This document shows, piece after piece, positions 42,183 through 56,924 of a stretch of DNA of 64,000 nt. The notes under the pieces were generated by a model. That model was not told the DNA's origin. It did no database searches and saw only the letters and a program-made list of their open reading frames with translations. The position numbers were made by a program, and so were the translations under genes. The DNA is from Octopus vulgaris (Eukaryota): positions 9,424,001 through 9,488,000 of the forward strand of contig OX597828.1 of assembly GCA_951406725.2 (NCBI GenBank), written 5' to 3'. Position 1 is the stretch's first letter. Every line of letters begins with the position of its first letter.

Positions 42183-43456
42183 AAGTATGTATGTATATCA
42201 ATTTACATACACATGCAGATACATGTATTTATAGGCACGTGTGTATAAGCATATGCATACTTATACTATATGCATGCAATAAAGTGTTAGCGAGTGTGAA
42301 TGCATGTGTTTCTGTCTAATGTATATGCGTATATTTATGTTGTTGAGCGCAGTTATGTGGCTAGTAACGTTTTCAATTATCAAATCATTATAAGACTCGC
42401 TGAAATTTATCCTCTAATTACATGAGACACCTGAGGTCAAATGGTACTTTATAATGCTGAAGTTGATTGGCCGATTTATGCTACGAAAATAGTAGTGTTC
42501 ATTTTTAGATCCTTCGAAGAATATGTCTATTTTTGCTGTAAAAACATAGCCTGGGAGATTTTAGACAAACCGATTCGATGAAGTGATGTTAATCCGTAGT
42601 TGTGCCAATATAAACGTCAGTGACAACCATCCAGACAGTTCTTCATTCCTAAACTTGATAAAGATCTTTTACTAATGAACCTCTGTGCTGAAATCCTATG
42701 AAATTACTTGTATATTATTGACACTTCATTTCTTCGTATTAATGAAATATACGTCTGTGCTTGTCCAAAAGAAAATCAGATAAAATAATATAATAATTAT
42801 AAACAAAACAATTACAAAGCTTTCTTTAATTTCTAATGAGAAGCGGGAATACAAACAAATAAATAAATGTGATTGAATGAGAAAAAAAAGAGAATAAATG
42901 ATGTTAGCAATTGATTCGCTTGGCTGGGCAAACGTTTGTTTCAGCAACGCTTGACTGATTTGTTACTTGCCTAGATTTTATATTGCAATATCCGTTTAAC
43001 AGGCAGGGGGTCGGCTAGGAATGAATTAACAAGTGGATCAAATTGTACTAGTCGTACAATACTCCACATAATTCGTAAGTTCCTTTGTCCAAGCAAATCA
43101 GGAACTTCCGAAGCAAGTTTCCGTCTGTCAGGACATCTACTTTATAGTTATTTGAGGTCCAGTAGAGTGAAAACATAGAAAAAGCGTATTAATAACACAT
43201 ATTAAAGGGATTCCTCTAATGTTTCTGGCAAATATTCCTTTCACTTTATTCATTCTACTTTCTCTAATATATCTATGTGTATATATGTATCTATGTGTGT
43301 ATGGACGTACATACATTCATATATATATATATATATATATACATATATATGTGTGTATACACATATATGTATATACATATAAATATATATATATATGCAT
43401 ACTCATATATGTATGTATATATATATATACACACACACGCACACACACACAGAGAC

Positions 43457-43495
<39 letters not shown>

Positions 43496-44097
43496 CATAC
43501 ATACATACATCATGCGAAGCAGATTACACACATAAATACACCATAGAAAGTAGACGACACACACATATGTGTTCCTTTTGAATTTGAAACCATCACTACC
43601 TGTCATTCCTCTGACAATATCATTTATTACTTTGTGGTTATTACACATTAAATCGGTGAATCTATTTATATACATCCATGCGAAACGAGCAATCGCATCA
43701 CGAGATCGAGAATGACTTATATGAATATATATTTTACCGGTATAAACGTTAAAATGTAATCTACCCCTGTGCTATGAATAAAAGCCTGGGTTTTAACTCT
43801 AACATCAGTGTTTCTCAGATGCGGTAGAATTATGCGGTGCATTATGAAAAATTGATAATTTCAATTTTGGGGATATTTTGACGAAGCTACTTTTATGAAT
43901 GTCTTCCACTCTTAGTAATTTTTATGATATTATTTTAAAGACAAAATTAGAGACTGCTTTATATAACACGTATCTACATATATGGTTTTAATTCCCTTCA
44001 CTATTTCTCTCAAGCTTTATGCTTCTCTATGATTCTTCTCTATAACTGCTTATGCACATAGCATTTTGCATACATACACTTACACATACATATATAT

Positions 44098-44428
44098 GGT
44101 TTGCGTAGCTCAGTGATAAGAGCGTCAGGATTATGATCGTGATGTTGTGAGTGAAGCTGTATACTGATTTCTTGAGCAGGAAACTTCATTTCACGTTGTT
44201 CCACTTCACGCAGCTGTAGAAGTGAGTTACGACCTCACTGCTGCCAAGCTATATTGGCCTTTACCTTTCCCTTGGACAACATAGGTAGCATTGAGAGGAG
44301 AGACTGGTACACATGGACAACTGCTGGGCTTCCACAAACAGCGCCCCCCCCCCTGGGCTTGTGCTCGGAATGTCAACTTTCTAGGTGCAACTTAACGGTC
44401 ATTCCTGACCGAAGGGGAACTTAACCCT
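44098..44428 (+). mobile_element. tRNA-derived SINE (family B), degenerate
   Basis: TGCGTAGCTCAGTGATAAGAGCGT (A-box-like), TTCTTGAGCAGGAAACTTCATTTCACGTTG core, and end GTCATTCCTGACCGAAGGGG. Confidence 0.6.
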
Positions 44429-44889
44429 ATGTATATCATTTTAGGGAAAAATTCAGCGCCAAAATCTTTATTGTAACTGAGAACACATTGGTTTGGATTC
44501 TCAGTTAGTTGATACAACTGATCACTTGAAACGAAGCTGGAGTTTGTCAGTCATTTTATTTTTCAGTCTATAATCAACTACGACTGATAAAGATCAGTCG
44601 TAATTCTCATGTGATGTGCGGGAGGATATTGCAATACTTTATAAAATAAGGTGCGCAATTGTGGTATACTTAGGTAACTATCAGCTCTCATAGAGATTGT
44701 GTCTACATAGAGATTGTTTATTAGCAAATTGATAAATATTCTATCTAAATGTGAAGCGACATCCTTCGCTGTAAATTAGTACATCCATCAATATCTCGCT
44801 GGATTAATTAGTAAAATTACCATTATCTAAGACATCGTTTAATAAAATGAAGCGCGGCTTAATTTTTATATTTAAAAGTTAATATCTGC

Positions 44890-45660
44890 ATGGTGCTTGG
44901 TGCAATAACTGCATGGGTGAGATTTTGTGGTGAAGGAAAGTGCTTAGCAAATTGCGGACTTCAGAGTGTAGTAACTTAGGGTTGTATCTATTAGCACAAC
45001 TTCAAATTGGCGAATATGTAATGAGAACACGAGAAATGAACATTTCAGAGATGGCAGAAGCGTGGGAGTATGTTCAATAATTATGAAGCCAAAATTAGGT
45101 ATGATTTTTTGATACATATGATTATTCCAAGATATTTAGCTTACGAATAAGTCTCAGCAGAAGAATCCGAAGCATTTACTCTTTCAGATATAATAAGCGT
45201 CCCGCCCTAATTACACAAAATAAGAGAAATACATCGTCCCCCCACACACACAAAGAAAAACATCCCAAACAGGACCAGTCACAATCAAGTCCTAAGATCA
45301 AACACAAGTGCCACAAATTTTGACAGCGACTACGCAGACACTGATAAAATGAGAAAAATTTAAAAGTAAATTCGACAAAATTCACGACATCTGGTGGTAC
45401 AAACCTAATGGATTAAACCGAAGATAAACAGTATTTCAGATCAAAATCAATTTCGATACAACAAATCAGAAACCTTTCAAAGCTTAAATTTCCCTCCAAA
45501 TAACATAATGCCAATGGAATATGACAAAATATCTCACAGTTCTTCAGAAAATTATATCTAAAGGGAGAATTCTTTCATAAAGAAAGTCAAGGAATCAACT
45601 GTACAATATAAAAGCAATTAGAGAACGATAAGAAAAATAGGAAAGCCGAATTAGATACAT
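44890..45660 (+). mobile_element. Possible old RTE-type AP-endonuclease relic (duplicate at ~53035-53825)
   Basis: Remnants VRFCGEGK, AEESEAF, PNRTSHNQ and ADTD in the order expected for an APE domain. Heavily decayed. Confidence 0.3.
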
Positions 45661-45663
45661 TTT

Positions 45664-45728
<65 letters not shown>

Positions 45729-45780
45729 TATTTCAGGAACTACCACAGTAGTCCAAACCAAACATCACTTTCAAAGAATA

Positions 45781-45951
45781 CTCTTTACTCTTTTACTTGT
45801 TTCAGTCATTTTACTGCGGCCACGCTGGAGCAACACCTTTAGTCGAACAAATCGATCCCAGGACTTATTCTTTGTAAGCCTAGTAGTTATTCTATCGGTC
45901 TCATTGTCGAACCGCAAGGTTACGGGGACAAACACACACACACAAATATAT

Positions 45952-46017
<66 letters not shown>

Positions 46018-46128
46018 TGACAAAATTGAAGTAATTTAAGAATTTAATTAGGTGAAAGTTCTTTATTGCGCATTTGTTATGCTTATCAAAATATGATAAG
46101 CATAACAAACATAACAGCATTTTCTTCA

Positions 46129-46201
<73 letters not shown>

Positions 46202-46356
46202 ATATATACATCAGGCTTCTTTCAGTTGCCGTCTACTAAATCCACTCACAAGGCTTTGATCGGCCCGAGACTATAGTAGAACCAGAGTAGTGGGACTGAA
46301 CCAGGAACCATGTGGTTGCTAAGCAAAGTACTACCCACACAGCCACTCCTGTGCCT
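45781..46356 (-). mobile_element. SINE family A with a fragment nested in its internal (TA)n (46016-46133)
   Basis: CTCTTTACTCTTTTACTTGTTTCAGTC tail and AGCCACTCCTGTGCCT head. Confidence 0.85.
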
Positions 46357-47871
46357 AGAGTGGAAAATTATACATAAAATAACTAAACATGTAGAGAAGA
46401 AAGTCTTGTTGTCATTAAGGTTATGAATACCACAAGAAGACCATATTATTTCTGATACAAAATACCACCCATTATGAAACCATAATTTCTAGTAATCAAA
46501 AGCAATGAAGTAATAGAGCATCTGCACTTATTTATACCGAAAAGACTTAAGGTGCAATACATATTCACCCAAAATTTACAAGTGGAAATGATATAAAACA
46601 GGAGTGAAAATTAAATAACATGTATAAACACTGCAAGCAATCATGTTAAATTTAGAACAATTATAGTCAGTCCAGACTGTGAGCATATATAATCAGTAAG
46701 TTCCTTTATATGTACTGCTGAAACCCATCCACAAGCGCATACCAAGCTTGATAAGACTTGGCGAGAACAGGTTAATCAATCTCAAGAAAATAGTTGACAG
46801 AACACAGGCATTGTATCATAAGATCTAGAAAAAATTGCATACTACTCTACGAAGCTTGAATATTTCCGACTGAAAACAAAAGAAAAGAAAAAAAAGGAAG
46901 ATTAATTACTGACAGAATTAAATGCGTTTGATGTTAGGAAGTATGTTTGTTATAGCCTGAAAGCATCTGCTGTAAAGTTTATGTAAATAAATAGGCTTCA
47001 GTCAAATCTCAGAATTGTTAAAAGAAATGAATAATTTAGAATAAAAATCCAAACTAACCTATTTATTTTTTGATTTGCAACTTAATTTAGAGTGACTGTA
47101 TGTATTTGTATGTGTATACACACACACACACGCACAGAAGCACGCAGGAATGCCAAAAAAGAATTCGAATTTGCCAAGGTATTGTTTAGTGTTAAATATA
47201 TACCCTAAATTCTTATGATGATGACATTTTTTTCTAGCACATACCTAAGCAATCATACAATTCGACTGAGAGAAATGGATGATTTAAATACGTGATGAGC
47301 ATAAGTGATGTGCAGGAGCGCAGGCATTCTGTACATTGCTCTACCTTTTCAGTAAATTCACCGCCACAATAGAAATATTTGGAGATTTTAGTTAGGAACG
47401 TAAATACAATAGTATATTCATATGACGAATGTTCGTTTCTCTCCGGTTCTAAAATCTCTCTAAGAGATCAATGCAGTAGCTGTGCTGAAAAGTAATATGC
47501 GTAGCAACGTTAACATGGGTGTCCGTTCGAATAGACTCTACATAATCACACAATTTCTATCCATCCAATGACGCAATAAGAAATGGAATTAATTTATATC
47601 CCAATAGGTGTGATTAATAATAAAGCTACGGAATTTTTTTTGAAGAACCAGAGGATAAATATCGTTTTAAAATGAAGCTAAAAATGAGCTTCTCACTCAA
47701 ATTAGAAAGATAATCAAAACGAAGACTGAAGCTAAACAAAAAGTTTGAATCAATAAATACGTGAAAAAATGCGCTTGCAAGCTAATCCGGAGCTCAATGT
47801 GTAGACATATTTAAGTTAACCTAACTAGTGGATATAAGTAGCTATGTAAGAGTATCTTATACATATTGATT

Positions 47872-48075
47872 TGAGATTTTGGCACAATACCACCAGGTTA
47901 GATGGAGAGTGTAAGTCATTTACATGGTTCCCAATTTTCAACTGGTAATTATTTTATCGACCCCAAAAGGATAAAATGGCAAAGTCGACATCGACAGAAT
48001 TTGGACTCAGAACATGCAAACGGAAGAAATGCCACTAAGCATTTTGCCTCGCTTGGTAACGATTCTGTCTGAGAT
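47872..48075 (-). mobile_element. SINE family C (duplicate at 56133-56336)
   Basis: TTTATCGACCCCAAAAGGATAAAATGGCAAAGTCGACATCGACAGAATTTGGACTCAGAAC is the reverse complement of family C. Confidence 0.7.
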
Positions 48076-48083
48076 CAAATATA

Positions 48084-48183
48084 NNNNNNNNNNNNNNNNN
48101 NNNNNNNNNNNNNNNNNNNNNNNNNNNNNNNNNNNNNNNNNNNNNNNNNNNNNNNNNNNNNNNNNNNNNNNNNNNNNNNNNNN
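48084..48183. other. Assembly gap (100 N)
   Basis: Run of exactly 100 N, typical of a scaffolding join. Confidence 0.99.
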
Positions 48184-49068
48184 CTGGAGAATTAAATGTA
48201 GACTACGTCGTTTCAGATATTTATTACAAATGTTTGTAAAGTTAACTAATAAGCGATATTATAGAAGTCTGTTTTCATAGTTCTGAAAATGTTTTCTGTA
48301 TAATTCTAAAAATTTCCTGAAAATACAACGAAATCCCCGACTCCAAATGAAGATTTACCAGACAATCCTAAAAAATCTACTCTTGTTTGGAAGACTGCTC
48401 AAGATAACAGCACCTGGTTGTATGACAGCGCAAATACAGTGCCCATGATTAAACTGTAAAGACCAGAAGTACTTGGAAAATATACAATCTGGAAATCGCC
48501 GTCAAAATATAGAACACGTCTTCTTTTTTACATATACTAATGGAATTTACTTTAGTTTCGTATAAATCAGAAACCATTAACACCTTCACAGTTTATTTAC
48601 AGAAGTAGTAGTATTTACATCCACGTTTTCAGTTAGGAAATCTTTGATGATACTGTCACGCCACACAGAAAATAATGGAAATATGTTTCATTTACTTGCA
48701 CCACTGTCTGCATTCTTCCGCACAAAATGGCGCCCGCGTTCTATTTCCTTAAAACGTCAACACAAAAACCATTATCATTTCTTAATCCATGTAGCTAAAT
48801 ATTGTGCAATAATCACTGTTAAATAAAACGCTTTTATGGGAACTATTTAAGAATGCAATATAACTGTGCAATATTGATGGGGAGATCACGAAGCTTAGTA
48901 AAAATTATAAAAATAACTTGAGGCAATCTACACATGCAAAGACATCGATGCAAACCTATCGAAACTGCAATGCCGCATGGCTAATAAATGGAATAGAAAT
49001 CAGCTGTACCAAGCTGGACCAACTTAAAGAGTTAAAAATATGGAAGAATTGTAGTATACGGATTCAAA

Positions 49069-49430
49069 TCTCTCTATATATAAACGGAAAAATGTATGTG
49101 TGTGTGTCCTTTATACAAATCCACAATTTTTCCGTTAGAGAGCTCGTACTTTCTATAGTCATTCAAAACCATCCACGGGTGGTCGTGCACGTGTTTACAT
49201 TTCCTCAGTTACCCCACAAACCCATTAAAAATCAATAGAAGTGACTTTTTGTGAATTTTCTATCCAAAACCCAATCAAAATGCCAGAAACTTGATACGCC
49301 AATTGAATGCCAGCTAACTGTATGTGATTGCTCGGAGATTTGGACAGTACTCGCGTGTATGTGCGCATGCACGCAGCTGTATAAGCATGTACTAGCAGTA
49401 TGACCCGGCGTTGCCGGGTCATAGTGCTAG
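49069..49430 (+). mobile_element. Helitron-like element (duplicate of 41030-41391)
   Basis: Same TC...hairpin-CTAG structure between A and T. Confidence 0.7.
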
Positions 49431-50101
49431 TACTTACTATTTGAATTATAAATTATAGTTGAAAGGAAAAAAAAATATATCAAACACTATGTAACACTGA
49501 AAAGAACCACACTAGTGAATTCGATTTTAAAAAGAAGTGCTTCGTTAGAAGAAGTTTGTATATAAGTCCTGTGCGCGTGTGCACGCGAACACGCGCATGC
49601 ACGCGCATGCACACACAAGCACACAAGCACACATACACGCACATGCACAAACACACACAGATACACACACACACGCACGAACTAACGCGCGCGTGTCACA
49701 CACATATGCACACATATTCAATACAGGAACAATGGCATTATACATATTTTATGCACCCAGAATTTGCATTTTTTCCTCTTGCTGTTATTGCAAATGATGA
49801 CAATGTATGATCATATAGGATAATATGCTACATGTCATCTGTAAGACTGTAGGTGATATTTTCGGGATATTATACTGCTATTTCGATGAGGCTCATTGGA
49901 GCAACGAGTAGTATATATGTTGGCTTGCTTCAGGATGTGAAATTATATGGGGAAACTATATTAGCATTGAAGCATCTTTTCATTTTACCTTTATTTATTT
50001 TCCCACATAACTCCTATAACATTATCAGGCAAATTACAACTCTTCTTTCACACTCTTTTAATTTTCACTTTTTCTATGAACGTGGATATATGCAAATATG
50101 C

Positions 50102-50137
<36 letters not shown>

Positions 50138-50165
50138 TTATATGTATGTATAAATATATATATAC

Positions 50166-50221
<56 letters not shown>

Positions 50222-51360
50222 GTGTAAGTATGTATGTATATCAATTTACATACACATGCAGATACATGTATTTATAGGCACGTGTGTATAAGCATATGCA
50301 TACTTATACTATATGCATGCAATAAAGTGTTAGCGAGTGTGAATGCATATGTGTTTCTGTCTAATGTATATGCGTATATTTATGTTGTTGAGCGCAGTTA
50401 TGTGGCTAGTAACGTTTTCAATTATCAAATCATTATAAGACTCGCTGAAATTTATCCTCTAATTACATGAGACACCTGAGGTCAAATGGTACTTTATAAT
50501 GCTGAAGTTGATTGGCCGATTTATGCTACGAAAATAGTAGTGTTCATTTTTAGATCCTTCGAAGAATATGTCTATTTTTGCTGTAAAAACATAGCCTGGG
50601 AGATTTTAGACAAACCGATTCGATGAAGTGATGTTAATCCGTAGTTGTGCCAATATAAACGTCAGTGACAACCATCCAGACAGTTCTTCATTCCTAAACT
50701 TGATAAAGATCTTTTACTAATGAACCTCTGTGCTGAAATCCTACGAAATTACTTGTATATTATTGACACTTCATTTCTTCGTATTAATGAAATATACGTC
50801 TGTGCTTGTCCAAAAGAAAATCAGATAAAATAATATAATAATTATAAACAAAACAATTACAAAGCTTTCTTTAATTTCTAATGAGAAGCGGGAATACAAA
50901 CAAATAAATAAATGTGATTGAATGAGAAAAAAAAGAGAATAAATGATGTTAGCAATTGATTCGCTTGGCTGGGCAAACGTTTGTTTCAGCAACGCTTGAC
51001 TGATTTGTTACTTGCCTAGATTTTATATTGCAATATCCGTTTAACTGGCAGGGGGTCGGCTAGGAATGAATTAACAAGTGGATCAAATTGTACTAGTCGT
51101 ACAATACTCCACATAATTCGTAAGTTCCTTTGTCCAAGCAAATCAGGAACTTCCGAAGCAAGTTTCCGTCTGTCAGGACATCTACTTTATAGTTATTTGA
51201 GGTCCAGTAGAGTGAAAACATAGAAAAAGCGTATTAATAACACATATTAAAGGGATTCCTCTAATGTTTCTGGCAAATATTCCTTTCACTTTATTCATTC
51301 TACTTTCTCTAATATACCTATGTGCATATATGTATCTATGTGTGTATGGACATACATACA

Positions 51361-51405
<45 letters not shown>

Positions 51406-51507
51406 GTGTATACACATATATGTATATATATGTATGCATATATGTATGTATATATATATATATATATATATATACATACATATATATATATACATACACA
51501 CACACAG

Positions 51508-51538
<31 letters not shown>

Positions 51539-51602
51539 TATATATGTATATATATATATATTTATATATATATTGATATTTTACTATATTTATATATATA
51601 TA

Positions 51603-51650
<48 letters not shown>

Positions 51651-52258
51651 CATACATACACACATACATACATCATGCGAAGCAGATTACACACATAAAT
51701 ACACCATAGAAAGTAGACGACACACACAGATGTGTTCCTTTTGAATTTGAAACCATCACTACCTGTCATTCCTCTGACAATATCATTTATTACTTTGTGG
51801 TTATTACACATTAAATCGGTGAATCTATTTATATACATCCATGCGAAACGAGCAATCGCATCACAAGATCGAGAATAACTTATAGGAATATATCTGTTAC
51901 CGGTATAAACGTTAAAATGTAATCTACCCCTTTGCTATGAATAAAAGCCTGGGTTTTAACTCTAACATCAGTGTTTCTCAGATGCGGTCGAATTATGCGG
52001 TGCATTATGAAAAATATTGATAATTCCAATTTTTAGGATATTTTGACGAAGCTACTTTTATGAATGTCTTCCACTCTAAGTAATTTTTATGATATTTTAA
52101 AGACAAAATTAGAGACTGCTTTATATAACACGTATCTACATATATGGTTTTAATTCCCTTCACTATTTCTCTCAAGCTTTATGCTTCTCTATGATTCTTC
52201 TCTATAACTGCTTATGCACATAGCATTTTGCATACATACACATACACATACATATATA

Positions 52259-52588
52259 TGTTTTGCGTAGCTCAGTGATAAGAGCATCATGATTATGATC
52301 GTGATGTTGTGAATGAAGCTGTATGCTGATTTCTTGAGCAGGAAACTTCATTTCACGTTGTTTCAGTTCACGCAGCTGTAGAAGTGAGTTGCGACCTCAC
52401 TGCTGCCAAGCTATATTGGCTTTTACCTTTCCCTTGGACAACATAGGTAGCATTGATTGGAGAGACTGGTACGCATGGACAACTGCTGGGCTTCCACAAA
52501 CAGCCCCCCCCCCTGGGCTTGTGCTCGAAAGGTCAACTTTCTAAGTGCAACTTAACGGTCATTCCTGACCGAAGGGGAACTTAACCCT
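52259..52588 (+). mobile_element. SINE family B (duplicate of 44098-44428)
   Basis: Colinear copy within the duplicated block. Confidence 0.6.
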
Positions 52589-53822
52589 ATGTATATCATT
52601 TTAGGGAAAAATTGAGCGCCAAAATCTTTATTGTAACTGAGAACACATTGGTTTGGATTCTCAGTTAGCTGATACAACTGATCACTTGAAACGAAGCTGG
52701 AGTTTGTCAGTCGTTTTATTTTTCAGTCTATAATCAACTACGACTGATAAAGATCAGTCGTAGTTGTCATGGGATGTGCCGGAGGATATTGCAATACTTT
52801 ATAAAATAAGGTGCACAATTGTTGTATACTTAGGTAACTATCAGCTCTCATATGTGTCTACATAGAGATTGTTTATTAGCAAATTAATAAATATTCTATC
52901 TAAATGTGAAGCGACATCCTTCGCTGTAAATTAGTACGTCCATCAAGATCTTGCTGGATTAATTGGTAAAATTACCATTATCTAAGACATCGTGTAATAA
53001 AATGAAGCGCGGCTTAATTTTTTATATTTAAAAGTTAATATCTGCATGGTGCTTGGTGCAATACCTGCATGGATTTTGTGGTGAAGGAAAGTGCTTTGCA
53101 AATTGACGACTTCAGAGCGTAGTAACTTAGGGTTGTATCTATTAGCACAACTTCAGTTTCGGGAATATGAAATGAGAACACGAGAAATGAACATTTCAGA
53201 GATGGCAGAAGCGTGGGAGTATGTTCAATAATTATGAAGCCAAAATTAGGTATGATTTTTTGATACATATGATTATTCCAAGATATTTAGTTTACGAAGA
53301 AGTCTCAGGAGAAGAATCCGAAGCATTTACTCTTTCAGATATAATAAGTGTGCCGCACAAATTACACAAAATAAAAGAAATACATGCCCCCCACACACAC
53401 AAAGAAAAACATCCCAAACAGGACCAGTCACAATCAAGTCATAAGATCGAGCACAAGTGCCACAAATTTTGACAGCGACTACGCAGACACTGATAAAATG
53501 AGAAAAATTTAAAAGTCACTTTGGAACAAGTCGACAAAATTCACGACATCTGGTGGTACAAACCTAATGGATGAAACAGAAGATAAACAGTATTTCAGAT
53601 CAAAATCAATTTCGATACAACAAATCAGAAACCTTTCAAAGCTTAAATTTCCCTCCAAATAACATAATGCCAATGGAATATGACAAAATATCTCACAGTT
53701 CTTCAGAAAATTATATCTAAAGGGAGAATTCTTTCATAAAGAAAATCAAGGAATCAACTGTACAATATAAAAGCAATTAGAGAACGATAAGAAAAATAGG
53801 AAAGCCGAATTAGATACATTTT

Positions 53823-53883
<61 letters not shown>

Positions 53884-53935
53884 TATTTCAGGAACTACCA
53901 CAGTAGTCCAAACCAGACATCACTTTCAAACAATA

Positions 53936-54125
53936 CTCTTTACTCTTTTACTTGTTTCAGTCATTTGACTGCGGCCACGCTGGAGCAACACCTTTAGTCG
54001 AACAAATCGATCCCAGGACTTATTCTTTGTAAGGCCTAGTAGTTATTCTATCGGTCTCATTGCTGAACCGCAAGGTTACGAGGACAAACACACACACACA
54101 AATATATATACATACATATATATAC

Positions 54126-54182
<57 letters not shown>

Positions 54183-54388
54183 GAAATACTGACAAATAAT
54201 TGAAGTAATTTAAGTAATTTAATTAGGTGAAAGTTCACGGTTGCACATTTGTTATGCTTATCAAAATATGATAAGCATAACAAATCATATTTTGATAAGC
54301 ATAACAAATGCGCAACCGGTAAAAAGAACTTTCACCTAATTAAATTACTTAAATTACTTCAATTATTTGTCAGCATTTTCTTCATTTC

Positions 54389-54464
<76 letters not shown>

Positions 54465-54619
54465 ATATATACATCAGGCTTCTTTCAGTTGCCGTCGACC
54501 AAATCCACTCACAAGGCTTTGGTCGGCCCGAGAATGTAGTAGAACCAGAGTAGTGGGACTGAACCAGGAACCATGTGGTTGCAAAGCAAAGTACTACCCA
54601 CACAGCCACTCCTGTGCCT
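53936..54619 (-). mobile_element. SINE family A with a fold-back insert (54178-54392) in its (TA)n
   Basis: Duplicate of 45781-46356. The insert has inverted arms CTGACAAATAATTGAAGTAATTTAAGTAATTTAATTAGGTGAAAGTTC and GAACTTTCACCTAATTAAATTACTTAAATTACTTCAATTATTTGTCAG. Confidence 0.85.
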
Positions 54620-56379
54620 AGAGTGGAAAATTATACATAAAATAACTAAACATGTAGAGAAGAAAGTCTTGTTGTCATTAAGGTTATGAATACCACAAGA
54701 ACAACATATTATTTCTGATACAAAATACCACCCATTATGAAACCATAATTTCTAGTAATCAAAAGCAATGAAGTAATATAGCATCTGCACTTATTTATAC
54801 CGAAAAGACTTAAGGTGCAATACATATTCACCCAAAATTTACAAGTGGAAATGATATAAAACAGGAGTGAAAATTAAATAACATGTATAAACACTGCAAG
54901 CAATCATGTTAAATTTAGAACAATTATAGTCAGTCCAGACTGTGAGCATATATAATCAGTAAGTTCCTTTATATGTACTGCTGAAACCCATCCACAAGCG
55001 CATACCAAGCTTGATAAGACTTGGCGAGAACAGGTTAATCAATCTCAAGAAAATAGTTGACAGAACACAGGCATTGTATCATAAGATCTAGAAAAAATTG
55101 CATACTACTCTACGAAGCTTGAATATTTCCGACTGAAAACAAAAGAAAAGAAAAAAAGGAAGATTAATTACTGACAGAATTAAATGCGTTTGATGTTAGG
55201 AAGTATGTTTGTTATAGCCTGAAAGCATCTGCTGTAAAGTTTATGTAAATAAATAGGCTTCAGTCAAATCTCAGAATTGTTAAAAGAAATGAATAATTTA
55301 GAATAAAAATCCAAACTAACCTATTTATTTTTTGATTTGCAACTTAATTTAGAGTGACTGTATGTATTTGTATGTGTATACACACACACACACGCACAGA
55401 AGCACGCACGAATGCCAAAAAACATTCGAATTTGCCAAGGTATTGTTTAGTGTTAAATACATACCCTAAATTCTTATGATGATGACACTTCTTTTCTAGC
55501 ACATACCTAAGCAATCATACAATTCGACTGAGAGAAATGGATGATTTAAATACGTGATGAGCATAAGTGTTGTGCAGGAGCGCAGGCATTCTGTACATTG
55601 CTCTACCTTTTCAGTAAATTCACCGCCACAATAGAAATATTTGGAGATTTTAGTTAGGAACGTAAATACAATAGTACATTCATTTGACGAATGTTTGTTT
55701 CTTTCCGGTTCTAAAATCTCTCTAAGAGATCAATGCAGTAGCTGTGCTGAAAAGTAATATGCGTAGCAACGTTAACATGGGTGTCCGTTCGAATAGACTC
55801 TACATAATCACACAATTTCTATCCATCCAATGACGCAATAAGAAATGGAATTAATTTATATCCCAATAGGTGTGATTAATAATAAAGCTAGGGAATTTTT
55901 TTGAAGAACCAGAGGATAAATATCGTTTTAAAATGAAGCTAAAAATGAGCTTCTCACTCAAATTAGAAAGATAATCAAAACGAAGACTGAAGCTAAACAA
56001 AAAGTTTGAATCAATAAATACGTGAAAAAATGCGCTTGCAAGCTAATCCGGAGCTCAATGTGTAGACATATTTAAGTTAACCTAACTAGTGGATATAAGT
56101 AGCTATGTAAGAGTATCTTATACATATTGATTTGAGATTTTGGCACAATACCACCAGGTTAGATGGAGAGTGTAAGTCATTTACATGGTTCCCAATTTTC
56201 AACTGGTAATTATTTTATCGACCCCAAAAGGATAAAATGGCAAAGTCGACATCGACAGAATTTGGACTCAGAACATGCAAACGGAAGAAATGCCACTAAG
56301 CATTTTGCCTCGCTTGGTAACGATTCTGTCTGAGATCAAATATATGTGAATAGATAAGGAATAATACGGAGGAAAATAG

Positions 56380-56630
56380 GAAAATGAATACGAAGAATAA
56401 GAAGAAAAAGGAGGGGGAGGAGGAGAAGAAAAAAGATGAAGATGAAGAAGACAAAGAAAAAGAAGAAAAAGTAGAAGAAGAGGAAGTAGAAAATAAGAAT
56501 GCGAAAAGAAGAAGAACAAGAAGGAAAATAAAAATAATAATAAAAAGAAGAAGAATGAAGAAGAAAAATAAGAAGGAGGGGGACGAGGAGAAAAGGAAGA
56601 AGAAGAAGAAGAAGAAGAAGAAGAAAAATA

Positions 56631-56725
<95 letters not shown>

Positions 56726-56924
56726 AAGAAGAAGAAAAAGAAAGCGAAGAGGAAGGAGAAGAAGAAGGAGGGGGAGGTAGAAGAAGAAGTAGAAGAAGAA
56801 GAAGAAGAAAAACAAGAAGAAGAACAAGAACAAGAACAAGAACAAGAAGGAGAAGAAGAAGAAGGCGAAGAAGAAGAAGAAGAAGAAGAAGAAGAAGAAG
56901 AAGAAGAAGAAGAAGAAGAAGAAG

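Larger units (their letters stand above)
40146..48083 (+). repeat. ~7.9-kb segment, copy 1 of an apparent tandem duplication
   Basis: Starts CTGGAGAATTAAATGTAGACTACG and ends GAGATCAAATATA at the gap; colinear with 48184-56344. Confidence 0.97.
48184..56344 (+). repeat. ~8.2-kb segment, copy 2 of the apparent tandem duplication (probable alternate haplotype)
   Basis: Starts exactly at the gap and matches 40146-48083 with SNPs, indels and microsatellite length differences. Confidence 0.97.

Noticed and set aside
42905-43112. Short hairpins (GCTGGGCAAACGTTTGTTTCAGC; TTCGTAAGTTCCT...AGGAACTTCCGAA) as possible pre-miRNAs
   Set aside because: Stems are too short or bulged, and I recognise no mature miRNA sequence.
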